A program made the position numbers and the translations under genes. Shown one piece after another: positions 9,158 through 17,442 of a stretch of 64,000 bases of DNA; position 1 is the first letter of the stretch; every line of letters starts with the position of its first letter. This stretch comes from a virus. Location: positions 96,001 to 160,000 of the IMG/VR virus record IMGVR_UViG_3300008259_004660. One strand, written 5' to 3'. The notes below the pieces were generated by a model. The model worked only from the letters and a program-made list of their open reading frames with translations, made no database searches and was not told the origin of the DNA.

Positions 9158-10332
9158 GAATATTGTTCACTGTTTTAGGAAACAGTCGTCGTAGTAATTA
9201 TCTTGACGGAGAAACATTAAGATATGGAAACGGCGGTGGATCTGGGACTGATACCAGTTCAATAATAGTTGCTGAACAACTCGCCGCACAAGGCCACGAT
9301 GTGGTGTTTTGTTCAGACAAACTAGAACCACTGTTGGAAGAGTCTTATGCCAAAAAAGGAATTGTATTTAATGCAGGAAAGAAAGTTCGTGGTGTAATAT
9401 ACACGAACTTTCAGTTGGATAATGTTGAAAACAAAACATTTGATGTGTTGGTAAACAGTCTATGGTTCAGTAAGTACAAAGAGTTACCAGTCAAAATCAC
9501 AAAGGCTGTAATCTATTGGTGTCATATGCAATGGATTTATGGAATTGGCGAGATGATTGAGTATGTCAAGGAAAACAACCTAACCCTCGGATTTGTTCAT
9601 ATTTCAGAATGGGAAAAGAGCATGACAAATCCAGTTGTACAGGATGCTTGTAACAAATTGCCAAATACAAAGGTTGTTACGATACCAAATCCTATAATGG
9701 ATGACATGATTGAAGAAGTGTTGAGTGAGAAGATAGAAAAGAAAAGCGGGTCATTTATTTTTCATCCACTTTGGGCAAGAGGAGGAAATGTGGCAGTACA
9801 AGCGGTACGTGAACTTGATTTTCCAGAAAAAGAATTCAACGCATTTGATTATCTCATGTGCATTCATGGTCACACTGATCCATTCTTTAGAAATCATAAT
9901 GGTGTGGACAAGAAAACCTTGTTCAGATGTTTGGCAAAGAGTGACTATTTCATTTATCCACTGTATACTCCATACAAGGATGTTCACAAAGATACATTTT
10001 CGTGTGTTGTTGCAGAGGCAATTGCTATGGGCGTAACTGTAGTAACATACCCATTAGGTGCATTACATGATAACTTTGATGGATATTGCGCATGGTTAGA
10101 TTTTCCACCAGATACTGATCCTATAAAGATGCAAAAGGAACAATTGTCAAAGGACGAAGAAGGCAAGTTCAATTACACAAAGAACATAGTTGAAAAGGTC
10201 AAATATTTGGAAGCCAATACTGAATTTAAAAACAAAGTAAGAACCCAAGGCAAAGATTTCATATTTGAGAAATTTAATTCCAACAAAGTAGGACTGATGT
10301 GGCGCGATTTTATTTCACAGTTAACATCATAA
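9154..10332 (+). CDS. GT-B (GT4-like) glycosyltransferase, paralog A
   Basis: GGGSGTD loop and KDTFSCVVAEAIAMG donor-binding motif. Confidence 0.75.
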   Translation: MRILFTVLGNSRRSNYLDGETLRYGNGGGSGTDTSSIIVAEQLAAQGHDVVFCSDKLEPLLEESYAKKGIVFNAGKKVRGVIYTNFQLDNVENKTFDVLVNSLWFSKYKELPVKITKAVIYWCHMQWIYGIGEMIEYVKENNLTLGFVHISEWEKSMTNPVVQDACNKLPNTKVVTIPNPIMDDMIEEVLSEKIEKKSGSFIFHPLWARGGNVAVQAVRELDFPEKEFNAFDYLMCIHGHTDPFFRNHNGVDKKTLFRCLAKSDYFIYPLYTPYKDVHKDTFSCVVAEAIAMGVTVVTYPLGALHDNFDGYCAWLDFPPDTDPIKMQKEQLSKDEEGKFNYTKNIVEKVKYLEANTEFKNKVRTQGKDFIFEKFNSNKVGLMWRDFISQLTS

Positions 10333-10336
10333 TATC

Positions 10337-11515
10337 ATGAGAATAGCAATCATAGTAATAGGAAACAGCAGACGAAACAATTATCTGAACGGTCATAATC
10401 TCAGATATGATGGTGGAGGGGCATCTGGCACAGACACTAGTTCAATGCTTGTTGCTGAATATTTGGCAAGCAAAGGACATGAGGTTGTAATGACTGTGGA
10501 TGAATTGGAGCCATTACTTGAAGAGAAACTACAAAAGCAGGGAAAGAAGTTTGTGCCCGGAGCAAAAAGTTATGGTGTTTCATACACAAATAAAAACTTC
10601 GACGGTATTGAGAATAAAACTTTTGATGTATTGATAAACATGCTTTGGTTTCAAGACTATGACAAGCTTCCTATTACAGTAACCAAGAGTTTGATTTATT
10701 GGTGTCATATGCAATGGGTATATGGGATAGATGCACATATGGCATATGCAAGAAAACACAATCTTACTCTCGGAATGGTTAATGTTTCGACTTGGCAAGC
10801 TAGTGTGTCACAGAATGTTATAAATCATGTCAAAGCCAATTACGAAAAAACAAAGCAATTCCTAATTTCAAATCCAATTTTTGATGAAATGATCAGAGAG
10901 GTTGAGCAGGAACCAATTCAAAAGAAGAAAGGTAAGTTTATATTTCACGCCACATGGCCAACGGGTGGAGATGTTGCAATGCAGGCAGTCAGAGAGTTGG
11001 ATATGCCAGAAAAACAGTTTCATGCATTTGATTATTTCATAACGGTGCATGGTCATACTGAGTCATATTTCCACAACCATCAAGCGGTGGATAGAAAAAC
11101 ACTTTACAAACACTTGGCTGAAAGTGAATATTTCATATATCCATTGTATACCATACACAAGGTTTTGAGAAAAGATACATTTGCATGCACTGTTGCAGAG
11201 GCTCTTGCTTTTAACACAATTGTATTAACATATCCACTTGGTGCATTGCCAACTGTGTTTGGTGACAAGTGTGTTTGGTTGGATGCCCCTCCGGGCACTA
11301 ACCTCGATGAGCTTCAACGTGCTGATTTGGCAAGAGACGAAGAAGGAAAGTTCAAATATACAAAAAATATCGTGGATAAGATAAACTATCTTGAAGCTAA
11401 CCCAGAGATAAAGGAAAAATATAGAACTGGTGGAAGACAATATGTGCTTGAAAATTTTAATATTAACAAGATTGGAAAAATGTGGGAGGATTGCTTGGAG
11501 GAATTGACAAAATGA
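10337..11515 (+). CDS. GT-B (GT4-like) glycosyltransferase, paralog B
   Basis: Same length (392 aa) and colinear with the previous gene; KDTFACTVAEALA motif. Confidence 0.75.
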   Translation: MRIAIIVIGNSRRNNYLNGHNLRYDGGGASGTDTSSMLVAEYLASKGHEVVMTVDELEPLLEEKLQKQGKKFVPGAKSYGVSYTNKNFDGIENKTFDVLINMLWFQDYDKLPITVTKSLIYWCHMQWVYGIDAHMAYARKHNLTLGMVNVSTWQASVSQNVINHVKANYEKTKQFLISNPIFDEMIREVEQEPIQKKKGKFIFHATWPTGGDVAMQAVRELDMPEKQFHAFDYFITVHGHTESYFHNHQAVDRKTLYKHLAESEYFIYPLYTIHKVLRKDTFACTVAEALAFNTIVLTYPLGALPTVFGDKCVWLDAPPGTNLDELQRADLARDEEGKFKYTKNIVDKINYLEANPEIKEKYRTGGRQYVLENFNINKIGKMWEDCLEELTK

Positions 11516-12210
11516 AAATAGAAAATTTCTTTGAAAAAGGATACTATATAAATCTGGACAGAAGAACAGACAGAAACGAGCTTTTTCGTAAAGAAATGGA
11601 TAGAGTTGGGTTGCTATCTTTTTTTGAAAGAGTTTCCGCTGAAGATGGTATAAATGAACCAGATCCAATGAAGAGGCATGCGTACTGTGCATATACTTAT
11701 CACAAATTATTCAAGAAAATATACGATCTCGGATATGAAAGAGTGCTGATTTTTGAAGATGATGCATTTTTCTATGACAGACCAGAAATATCAGGAAGAG
11801 ATTTGGCGGAAAAAGCATTGGACGATCTAAAATATTTTCCAAATTGGGACATGGTTTTGTTTGGAGGAAGACCCGTGGATACAGTTGGACCTCTGCAAAT
11901 AATGACAGACAATCTTTTCAGATCACAAATGGTTCTAGGAACTCACGCCGTTGGATACAGAAGAAAAGTTATCAAGAAGGTACTTGATGAATATGTTCCA
12001 TTTCAAGATGGTACGATTGATGGTTGGTATGGTAATGTTCCTGTCATAGAAAAATATCTGGTAAACCCCCTCGCATGTGGAGCTATGCCCGTTAAAAGTG
12101 ATTTGGACGGCAATGGCTATATATCAAACGTTAAAGATGATATCATTTGCTATGATAGAGTGCCAAAAATAGACAAACGCCATGAAACACAAAGTAATAA
12201 GCCTGTATAA
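11512..12210 (+). CDS. GT25-like glycosyltransferase
   Basis: YYINLDRRTDR, C..TY and VLIFEDDA motifs. Start moved to the ATGA overlap at 11512. Confidence 0.75.
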   Translation: MKIENFFEKGYYINLDRRTDRNELFRKEMDRVGLLSFFERVSAEDGINEPDPMKRHAYCAYTYHKLFKKIYDLGYERVLIFEDDAFFYDRPEISGRDLAEKALDDLKYFPNWDMVLFGGRPVDTVGPLQIMTDNLFRSQMVLGTHAVGYRRKVIKKVLDEYVPFQDGTIDGWYGNVPVIEKYLVNPLACGAMPVKSDLDGNGYISNVKDDIICYDRVPKIDKRHETQSNKPV

Positions 12211-12871
12211 ATCGGATATTGACTATACGATAGTTGAATTGCAAAAGAAAGTTTTTGATTATTTTTCAATTCCTCTTGAGCAAATTTCATTCGATGGCAT
12301 GCATTCTACTGCCATTGAAAAATATGTGAAAAATAACAATGATTGGGACAGTATAACCATATTTGATGTTGATTGCATTCCCATCACACATGATTGTGTA
12401 TCAAGAGCAATCAAGGAAATATCAGACAATAATACCATCTATGGGAATGGACAGGCTTCCAACTCAATATTTCCAACAACACCAAGAACTCCTCCTTTTA
12501 TAGCACCAAGTTTTCTAAGCTTCAGCAGAGATTTATGGGAAAGATCTCCATTCAAGAATTTTGATTTTCAAAGATATCCAAATCCAGAAGGAATTTCTAT
12601 GGAAGCTGATGTGGCGGAGGTATTCACCAGAGAAAATGAAAAAGCTGGAAGAAGAATAGCTATGAATTATCCAACCAGATGTTTAACTGGTATAGCATGG
12701 AATTATTTCGGCGGATATGGCTATAAGGAATTTGGTTTTGGAATTGCAACGGAGTTTGAAAGCGGAACATATCATAATTTTCAAATCAGATTGCCAGAGA
12801 AACAAAAATACTTCTTTGATTATTGCGACAAATTGATGCGCGGAGAAAAAATTGAAAGTTTTGTATCATGA
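12182..12871 (+). CDS. Putative GT-A fold glycosyltransferase
   Basis: ITIFDVDCIP DxD motif; cluster context. Confidence 0.5.
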   Translation: MKHKVISLYKSDIDYTIVELQKKVFDYFSIPLEQISFDGMHSTAIEKYVKNNNDWDSITIFDVDCIPITHDCVSRAIKEISDNNTIYGNGQASNSIFPTTPRTPPFIAPSFLSFSRDLWERSPFKNFDFQRYPNPEGISMEADVAEVFTRENEKAGRRIAMNYPTRCLTGIAWNYFGGYGYKEFGFGIATEFESGTYHNFQIRLPEKQKYFFDYCDKLMRGEKIESFVS

Positions 12872-13692
12872 AGGAAATGACCAGCAATTATATCACTTGC
12901 AGACTGCAAGGCAGAACAGGAAACATAATGTTTCAGATAGCAAACGGCTACGCTCAGTCGTTAAAACATAATAGACAGTTTGTTGTTCCGTCAAAAGAAT
13001 CAACAACCAGTCATTTGGAAAAAGGATTGTTCAGAAAATTTGACTTTAGAATAAACACTATCCCGTCAAACAATATTGCACATCATATTTGGGCACCTTT
13101 TACATACAAAGAATTTGCTCCAGCAGAAGACAGACCCACGGCTTTCTGTGGATGGTATCAATCTGAAAAATACTTTGGAAACTATAAAGAAGTAATAAGA
13201 GATGCATTTAGTCCAACTACGGAATTTGTAATAAAAGCAACAAAAGAATTTCCGTTTTTAAATTCAGCCAGAGTTGCCGCCATAAATGTAAGAAGAGGAG
13301 ATTATCTCACCCAACCAAGACATCATCCAGTTGTGACATTGGATTATATAGAAGAAGCAAGAAAACTTCTGCCACAACATGATTATCTAATGGTTCTTAG
13401 TGATGATTTTGAATGGTGTAAGAACAACATCAAAGGAAATAACATCATATTTCCAAGCAACTATGTTGATCAGGATGCTATGTGGCTATTATCAATGTGT
13501 GATGATTTTATTATTTCAAACTCTACATTCAGTTGGTGGGGTGCATTCTTATCAAGAACAAAAAACAAGGTGGTTATATCTCCATCCACGTGGTTTGGAC
13601 CAGACATACATGAAGATCCTTCTGATGTTTGGTGTGAAGGTTGGATAAAAGTTCCAACAAAATGGAAAGACGGTTTTATTGTAATGGAATAA
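12868..13692 (+). CDS. GT11 alpha-1,2-fucosyltransferase-like protein
   Basis: LQGRTGNIMFQ, GWYQSEKYF, INVRRGDY, SDDFEWC and ISNSTFSWWGAFL motifs. Confidence 0.88.
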   Translation: MKEMTSNYITCRLQGRTGNIMFQIANGYAQSLKHNRQFVVPSKESTTSHLEKGLFRKFDFRINTIPSNNIAHHIWAPFTYKEFAPAEDRPTAFCGWYQSEKYFGNYKEVIRDAFSPTTEFVIKATKEFPFLNSARVAAINVRRGDYLTQPRHHPVVTLDYIEEARKLLPQHDYLMVLSDDFEWCKNNIKGNNIIFPSNYVDQDAMWLLSMCDDFIISNSTFSWWGAFLSRTKNKVVISPSTWFGPDIHEDPSDVWCEGWIKVPTKWKDGFIVME

Positions 13693-13693
13693 T

Positions 13694-14803
13694 ATGTACG
13701 ACTATCTAATAGTAGGAGCAGGATTTTTTGGAAGCATATGCGCTTATGAACTAAACAAGATTGGAAAGAAAGTCTTGGTGATTGATGTGCGCAATCATAT
13801 TGGTGGAAATTGCTATAGCGAAAATAGGGATAATATCAACCTACATGTTTATGGTCCACATATATTTCATACTTCAGACGAAGAGGTTTGGAAGTGGATC
13901 AATCAGTTTACATCGTTTAATAACTTCATATACACCCCCGTGGCTAATTATGATGGAGAGTTGTATTCTTTACCATTTAACATGTGGACGTTTTATCAGC
14001 TATGGGGAGTGCAAAGTGAAGAAGAAGTAAAAGCAATAATAGCCAAACAATCGGCCCATATTGGTGAGCCAAAAAATCTTGAAGAACAAGCAATCAAGTT
14101 GGTTGGTAGAGATGTGTATGAAACATTGATCAAAGGGTACACGGAAAAACAGTGGCGCAAAAAGGCGACAGAGTTGCCAAAAGAGATTATCAAGAGACTG
14201 CCAGTAAGATACACTTTTAACAACAACTATTTCAATGATAAGTATCAAGGTATTCCAATTGGTGGATACACTCAGATATTTGAAAAGCTTTTAAAAGGAA
14301 TAGATGTCAAAACTGGTGTTGATTATTTCAAGGACGAATTGCCGCCTCATGACAGAGTGATATACACAGGTCCGATTGATAAATTCTATGGATACAAATA
14401 TGGACATCTCGAATACAAGACTGTTTCGTTAGATCATATGAGAATGGAAACTCCAAATTATCAGGGAGTCGCCGCTATAAATTACACAAGTGAAAAAGTT
14501 CCATTCACTCGCACCATAGAACATAAACATTTCGAAAATTCACAGAGTGATGTGACTTGGGTAAGTTGGGAAACGCCAATCCAATATGTTCCAGAAAAAA
14601 CAGAGCCATATTATCCTGTAAATGATGCTGCCAATATGGAAATATTGAAAAAGTACAAGGAAGAATCATCAAAGCAAGACAAAGTGATATTCGGTGGTAG
14701 ACTTGGTGAATACAAATATTATGACATGCACCAAGTTATACGCAGTGCGTTGGATTGTGCAAATCATCTCAAATATTTGGAAGTTTGGCATCCAAAAGTG
14801 TGA
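13694..14803 (+). CDS. glf: UDP-galactopyranose mutase
   Basis: YDYLIVGAGFFG, HIGGNCY, HVYGPHIFHT, YQGIP.GGYT, EPYYP and GRLGEYKYYDMHQV motifs. Confidence 0.95.
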   Translation: MYDYLIVGAGFFGSICAYELNKIGKKVLVIDVRNHIGGNCYSENRDNINLHVYGPHIFHTSDEEVWKWINQFTSFNNFIYTPVANYDGELYSLPFNMWTFYQLWGVQSEEEVKAIIAKQSAHIGEPKNLEEQAIKLVGRDVYETLIKGYTEKQWRKKATELPKEIIKRLPVRYTFNNNYFNDKYQGIPIGGYTQIFEKLLKGIDVKTGVDYFKDELPPHDRVIYTGPIDKFYGYKYGHLEYKTVSLDHMRMETPNYQGVAAINYTSEKVPFTRTIEHKHFENSQSDVTWVSWETPIQYVPEKTEPYYPVNDAANMEILKKYKEESSKQDKVIFGGRLGEYKYYDMHQVIRSALDCANHLKYLEVWHPKV

Positions 14804-14828
14804 CATATGGCACATATACTGTGTCACA
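14799..14828. promoter_or_regulatory. Inverted repeat TGTGACA-N16-TGTCACA (candidate enhancer/UAS)
   Basis: Perfect 7-bp arms about 60-90 bp upstream of the -24/-12-like element. Confidence 0.35.
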
Positions 14829-14887
14829 ATATCACAAATTGATTTTTGATTCTTAACACTGTCAGAGGTAAACTCTGGAAAATCTGA

Positions 14888-14904
14888 TTGGCACAATTAT
14901 TGAT
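14888..14904 (+). promoter_or_regulatory. Candidate sigma54 (-24/-12) promoter of hsp20
   Basis: TTGGCACAATTATTGAT versus consensus TGGCACG-N4-TTGC. Spacing is correct, but the -12 is GA rather than GC. Confidence 0.4.
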
Positions 14905-14959
14905 ATAGTGTATCTGTCGGTGTCCATAATGGAGCCGATATAAACAAAGGATACAAAAC

Positions 14960-15406
14960 ATGAGTACACTAAGTAGATATACACGGGATGAGTTTCTCAC
15001 CCCATTTGATCGTCTATTTGACGATGTCTTCAATAACTTCGGCGTAACACCTTACGCTGGGTCTTATACCAAGAACAGCTATCCAAAAGTAGATGTTGTT
15101 GAGTATGATGACAGGTATGTGCTTGAAGCGGATGTTGCTGGATTGAACAAGGAAGAAGTTTCCGTGGATCTTGAAGGCGATACACTAGTAATCAAAGGAG
15201 GCAAAAGAACAAACCATGAAAATACAAATAAAGGAAAATATCTGTATAAAGAAATTAAGCGTTCTAGTTTCACACGCTCGTTTAGTGTGGGAGAAGGTAT
15301 TGACAAAAATAAAATCAAAGCCGACTTCGCAAACGGAACAATAAAAGTTGATCTTCCTAAACTGAAGATTGAAGAACAAAAGCCAAAAACATTGAGGCTC
15401 CTATAA
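14960..15406 (+). CDS. hsp20: Small heat-shock protein (Hsp20/alpha-crystallin)
   Basis: YPKVDV.E, AGLNKEEVSV, EIKRSSFTRSF and A.F.NGTIKVDLPK motifs. Confidence 0.93.
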   Translation: MSTLSRYTRDEFLTPFDRLFDDVFNNFGVTPYAGSYTKNSYPKVDVVEYDDRYVLEADVAGLNKEEVSVDLEGDTLVIKGGKRTNHENTNKGKYLYKEIKRSSFTRSFSVGEGIDKNKIKADFANGTIKVDLPKLKIEEQKPKTLRLL

Positions 15407-15411
15407 AATAG

Positions 15412-15453
15412 TTGACAATGTTTGGGGCTAGGTTTATTCTTAGCCCCAAACAT
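15412..15453 (+). promoter_or_regulatory. sigma70-type promoter of dnaK with its -10 inside a 13-bp inverted repeat
   Basis: TTGACA (15412-15417), 17 nt, TATTCT (15435-15440). Arms ATGTTTGGGGCTA (15418-15430) and TAGCCCCAAACAT (15441-15453). Confidence 0.55.
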
Positions 15454-15464
15454 ATTATAAATTT

Positions 15465-17324
15465 ATGACTAAATCAAATGACATTGTTATTGGTATTGAC
15501 CTTGGCACGACGAATTCGTGCGTGGCTGTATGGCAAGCGGGTGAAGCTACAGTAATTACCAACTCGGAAGGTGCTCGTACTACCCCTTCGGTTGTTGCTT
15601 TTACAAAAAGCGGGGAAAGACTTGTTGGTCAAGCTGCTAAGAGACAGGCGGTGACCAATCCAAAGAATACAATTTTTTCGGCCAAGAGACTTATTGGTCG
15701 CAAGTTCAACGAAGTGCAGGAAGAAATCAAGAATCTTCCATACAAGGTCGTTGAAGGTCCAAATGGAGATGCTTGGATCGAAGTAACAGAGAACGGAGAA
15801 GCTAAGAAATATTCTCCTCAACAGATTGGCGCATTTGTTCTTGGAAAGATCAAAACCGATGCCGAATCATATTTGGGACAATCTGTGAAGAAGGCGGTTA
15901 TCACAGTACCTGCGTATTTTAATGATTCTCAACGTCAAGCTACCAAGGATGCTGGCACTATTGCCGGTTTGGAAGTTCTGCGTATTATCAACGAACCTAC
16001 CGCAGCATCCTTAGCCTATGGTCTAGACAAGAAGAAAGACGAGAAAATTGCCGTCTTTGACCTTGGCGGTGGTACGTTTGACGTTACCGTTCTCGAAATT
16101 GGGGACGGTGTATTTGAAGTTAAAGCCACCAATGGTGATACGCATCTTGGTGGTGATGATTGGGACAGAGCAATCATGGACCACATGGTTGCGGAATTCA
16201 AAAAAGAAAATGGTATTGACTTGTCCAAAGATAATATGGCTTTACAGCGTCTACGCGAAGAAGCCGAAAAAACCAAGATTGCTTTGTCTTCTGCAACATC
16301 ATATGATGTAAATCTCCCGTTTATCACGGCGGATGCATCTGGCCCAAAGCATTTGAATATGACAATTTCTCGTTCAAAAATGGAACAAATCTGCGAGAAG
16401 TTGTTTGAAAGAATGGATGCTCCATATAAGAACTGTTTGAAGGATGCTGGTGTATCAAATAGTGAACTCAATGAGCTTGTGCTTGTTGGTGGCATGACAA
16501 GAATGCCAAAGGTTGTTGATTATGCCAAGAAGTTCGGTGGTAAAGTTCCAAATCAAGGTGTAAATCCAGATGAAGTTGTGGCAGTCGGTGCCGCTGTACA
16601 AGGTGGTGTATTGAAGGGTGAGGTCAACGACGTATTGTTGCTTGACGTTACTCCGCTGACCCTTGCGATTGAAACCGCAGGAAATGTTGCGACGGCAATG
16701 ATTCCTCGTAACACAACAATTCCTGCTAAGAAGTCACAAGTGTTCTCCACATACAGCGACAATCAGCCTTCCGTTGATATTGTTGTATTACAGGGTGAGC
16801 GCCCAATGAGCAAAGACAATAAGCGTCTTGGAAACTTCAAACTGGACGGCATTCCGCCAGCACCAAGAGGCACTCCTCAAATTGAAGTGACGTTTGACAT
16901 TGACGTAAACGGCATTCTTCATGTCTCTGCAAAAGATCTTGGAACGGGCAAAGCTCAAGATATCACCATTCAAGGTTCATCTGGTCTTTCAAAGGAAGAA
17001 GTTGAAAGAATGAAGCAAGAAGCTGAAGCAAATGCTGATAAAGACAAAGAACTCAAGGAAAATCTTGAGACCAAGAATTCTCTTGACAATATTATCTATG
17101 GTTGGGAAAAACAACTAAAGGATGGTAACTTTGAAGATTCTGTCAAAACCGAAATTCAAAAAGGTATTGACAAAGGCAAAGAAGTGTTACAGAGTGGTGA
17201 TGTTGGAAAAATGAAAGATACTATCTCTGAACTTAGCAAACTCGGAGAACTTGTTTATAAGAACAAGTCTAATGGTGGGAAAGGAACTCCAGAAGATCCA
17301 ATCGAACCAGAAGTAGTAAGCTAA
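15465..17324 (+). CDS. dnaK: Molecular chaperone DnaK (Hsp70)
   Basis: [53 protein letters not shown] and [14 protein letters not shown] motifs; full length at 619 aa. Confidence 0.98.
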   Translation: MTKSNDIVIGIDLGTTNSCVAVWQAGEATVITNSEGARTTPSVVAFTKSGERLVGQAAKRQAVTNPKNTIFSAKRLIGRKFNEVQEEIKNLPYKVVEGPNGDAWIEVTENGEAKKYSPQQIGAFVLGKIKTDAESYLGQSVKKAVITVPAYFNDSQRQATKDAGTIAGLEVLRIINEPTAASLAYGLDKKKDEKIAVFDLGGGTFDVTVLEIGDGVFEVKATNGDTHLGGDDWDRAIMDHMVAEFKKENGIDLSKDNMALQRLREEAEKTKIALSSATSYDVNLPFITADASGPKHLNMTISRSKMEQICEKLFERMDAPYKNCLKDAGVSNSELNELVLVGGMTRMPKVVDYAKKFGGKVPNQGVNPDEVVAVGAAVQGGVLKGEVNDVLLLDVTPLTLAIETAGNVATAMIPRNTTIPAKKSQVFSTYSDNQPSVDIVVLQGERPMSKDNKRLGNFKLDGIPPAPRGTPQIEVTFDIDVNGILHVSAKDLGTGKAQDITIQGSSGLSKEEVERMKQEAEANADKDKELKENLETKNSLDNIIYGWEKQLKDGNFEDSVKTEIQKGIDKGKEVLQSGDVGKMKDTISELSKLGELVYKNKSNGGKGTPEDPIEPEVVS

Positions 17325-17329
17325 AAAGG

Positions 17330-17386
17330 TTATGGTTGTCAGTTGTCCCATAAACTGACTGGTGGAGGATGGTGAATTCATCATCC
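17330..17386 (+). ncRNA. Candidate structured RNA (H-type pseudoknot plus hairpin) in the dnaK 3' UTR
   Basis: TTATGG (17330-35) pairs with CCATAA (17348-53), interleaved with GTCAGT (17338-43) pairing ACTGAC (17354-59). Then the hairpin GGATGGTG-AATT-CATCATCC. Confidence 0.3.
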
Positions 17387-17388
17387 CT

Positions 17389-17420
17389 AACAACCCCCAA
17401 GAAATTGGGGGTTGTTTTTT
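17389..17420 (+). terminator. Intrinsic terminator
   Basis: AACAACCCCCAA-GAAA-TTGGGGGTTGTT followed by a T tract. Confidence 0.9.
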
Positions 17421-17430
17421 GTATATACGA

Positions 17431-17438
17431 TATTTATA
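17431..17438 (+). promoter_or_regulatory. Putative late-promoter motif TATTTATA
   Basis: 4 nt upstream of the ATG at 17443. Confidence 0.55.
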
Positions 17439-17442
17439 ATAC

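Noticed and set aside
15418-15453. CIRCE/HrcA operator before dnaK
   Set aside because: It does not match TTAGCACTC-N9-GAGTGCTAA in sequence or orientation. Kept only as an unclassified inverted repeat.
7898-17324. Interpretation as a bacterial chromosome segment (LPS locus plus heat-shock operon) or as an NCLDV
   Set aside because: These genes share promoter motifs and composition with flanking T4-like portal, terminase and baseplate genes. There are no wzx/wzy, grpE/dnaJ/hrcA or NCLDV core genes.
17322-17400. HDV-like ribozyme, or pseudoknot-stimulated readthrough/frameshift at the dnaK stop
   Set aside because: CTAA followed by CAACC resembles J4/2-P2, but no 7-bp P1 or 3-bp P3/L3 can be built. 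Readthrough would add only about 16 unremarkable residues, and TAAAAAG is not an X XXY YYZ slippery site.
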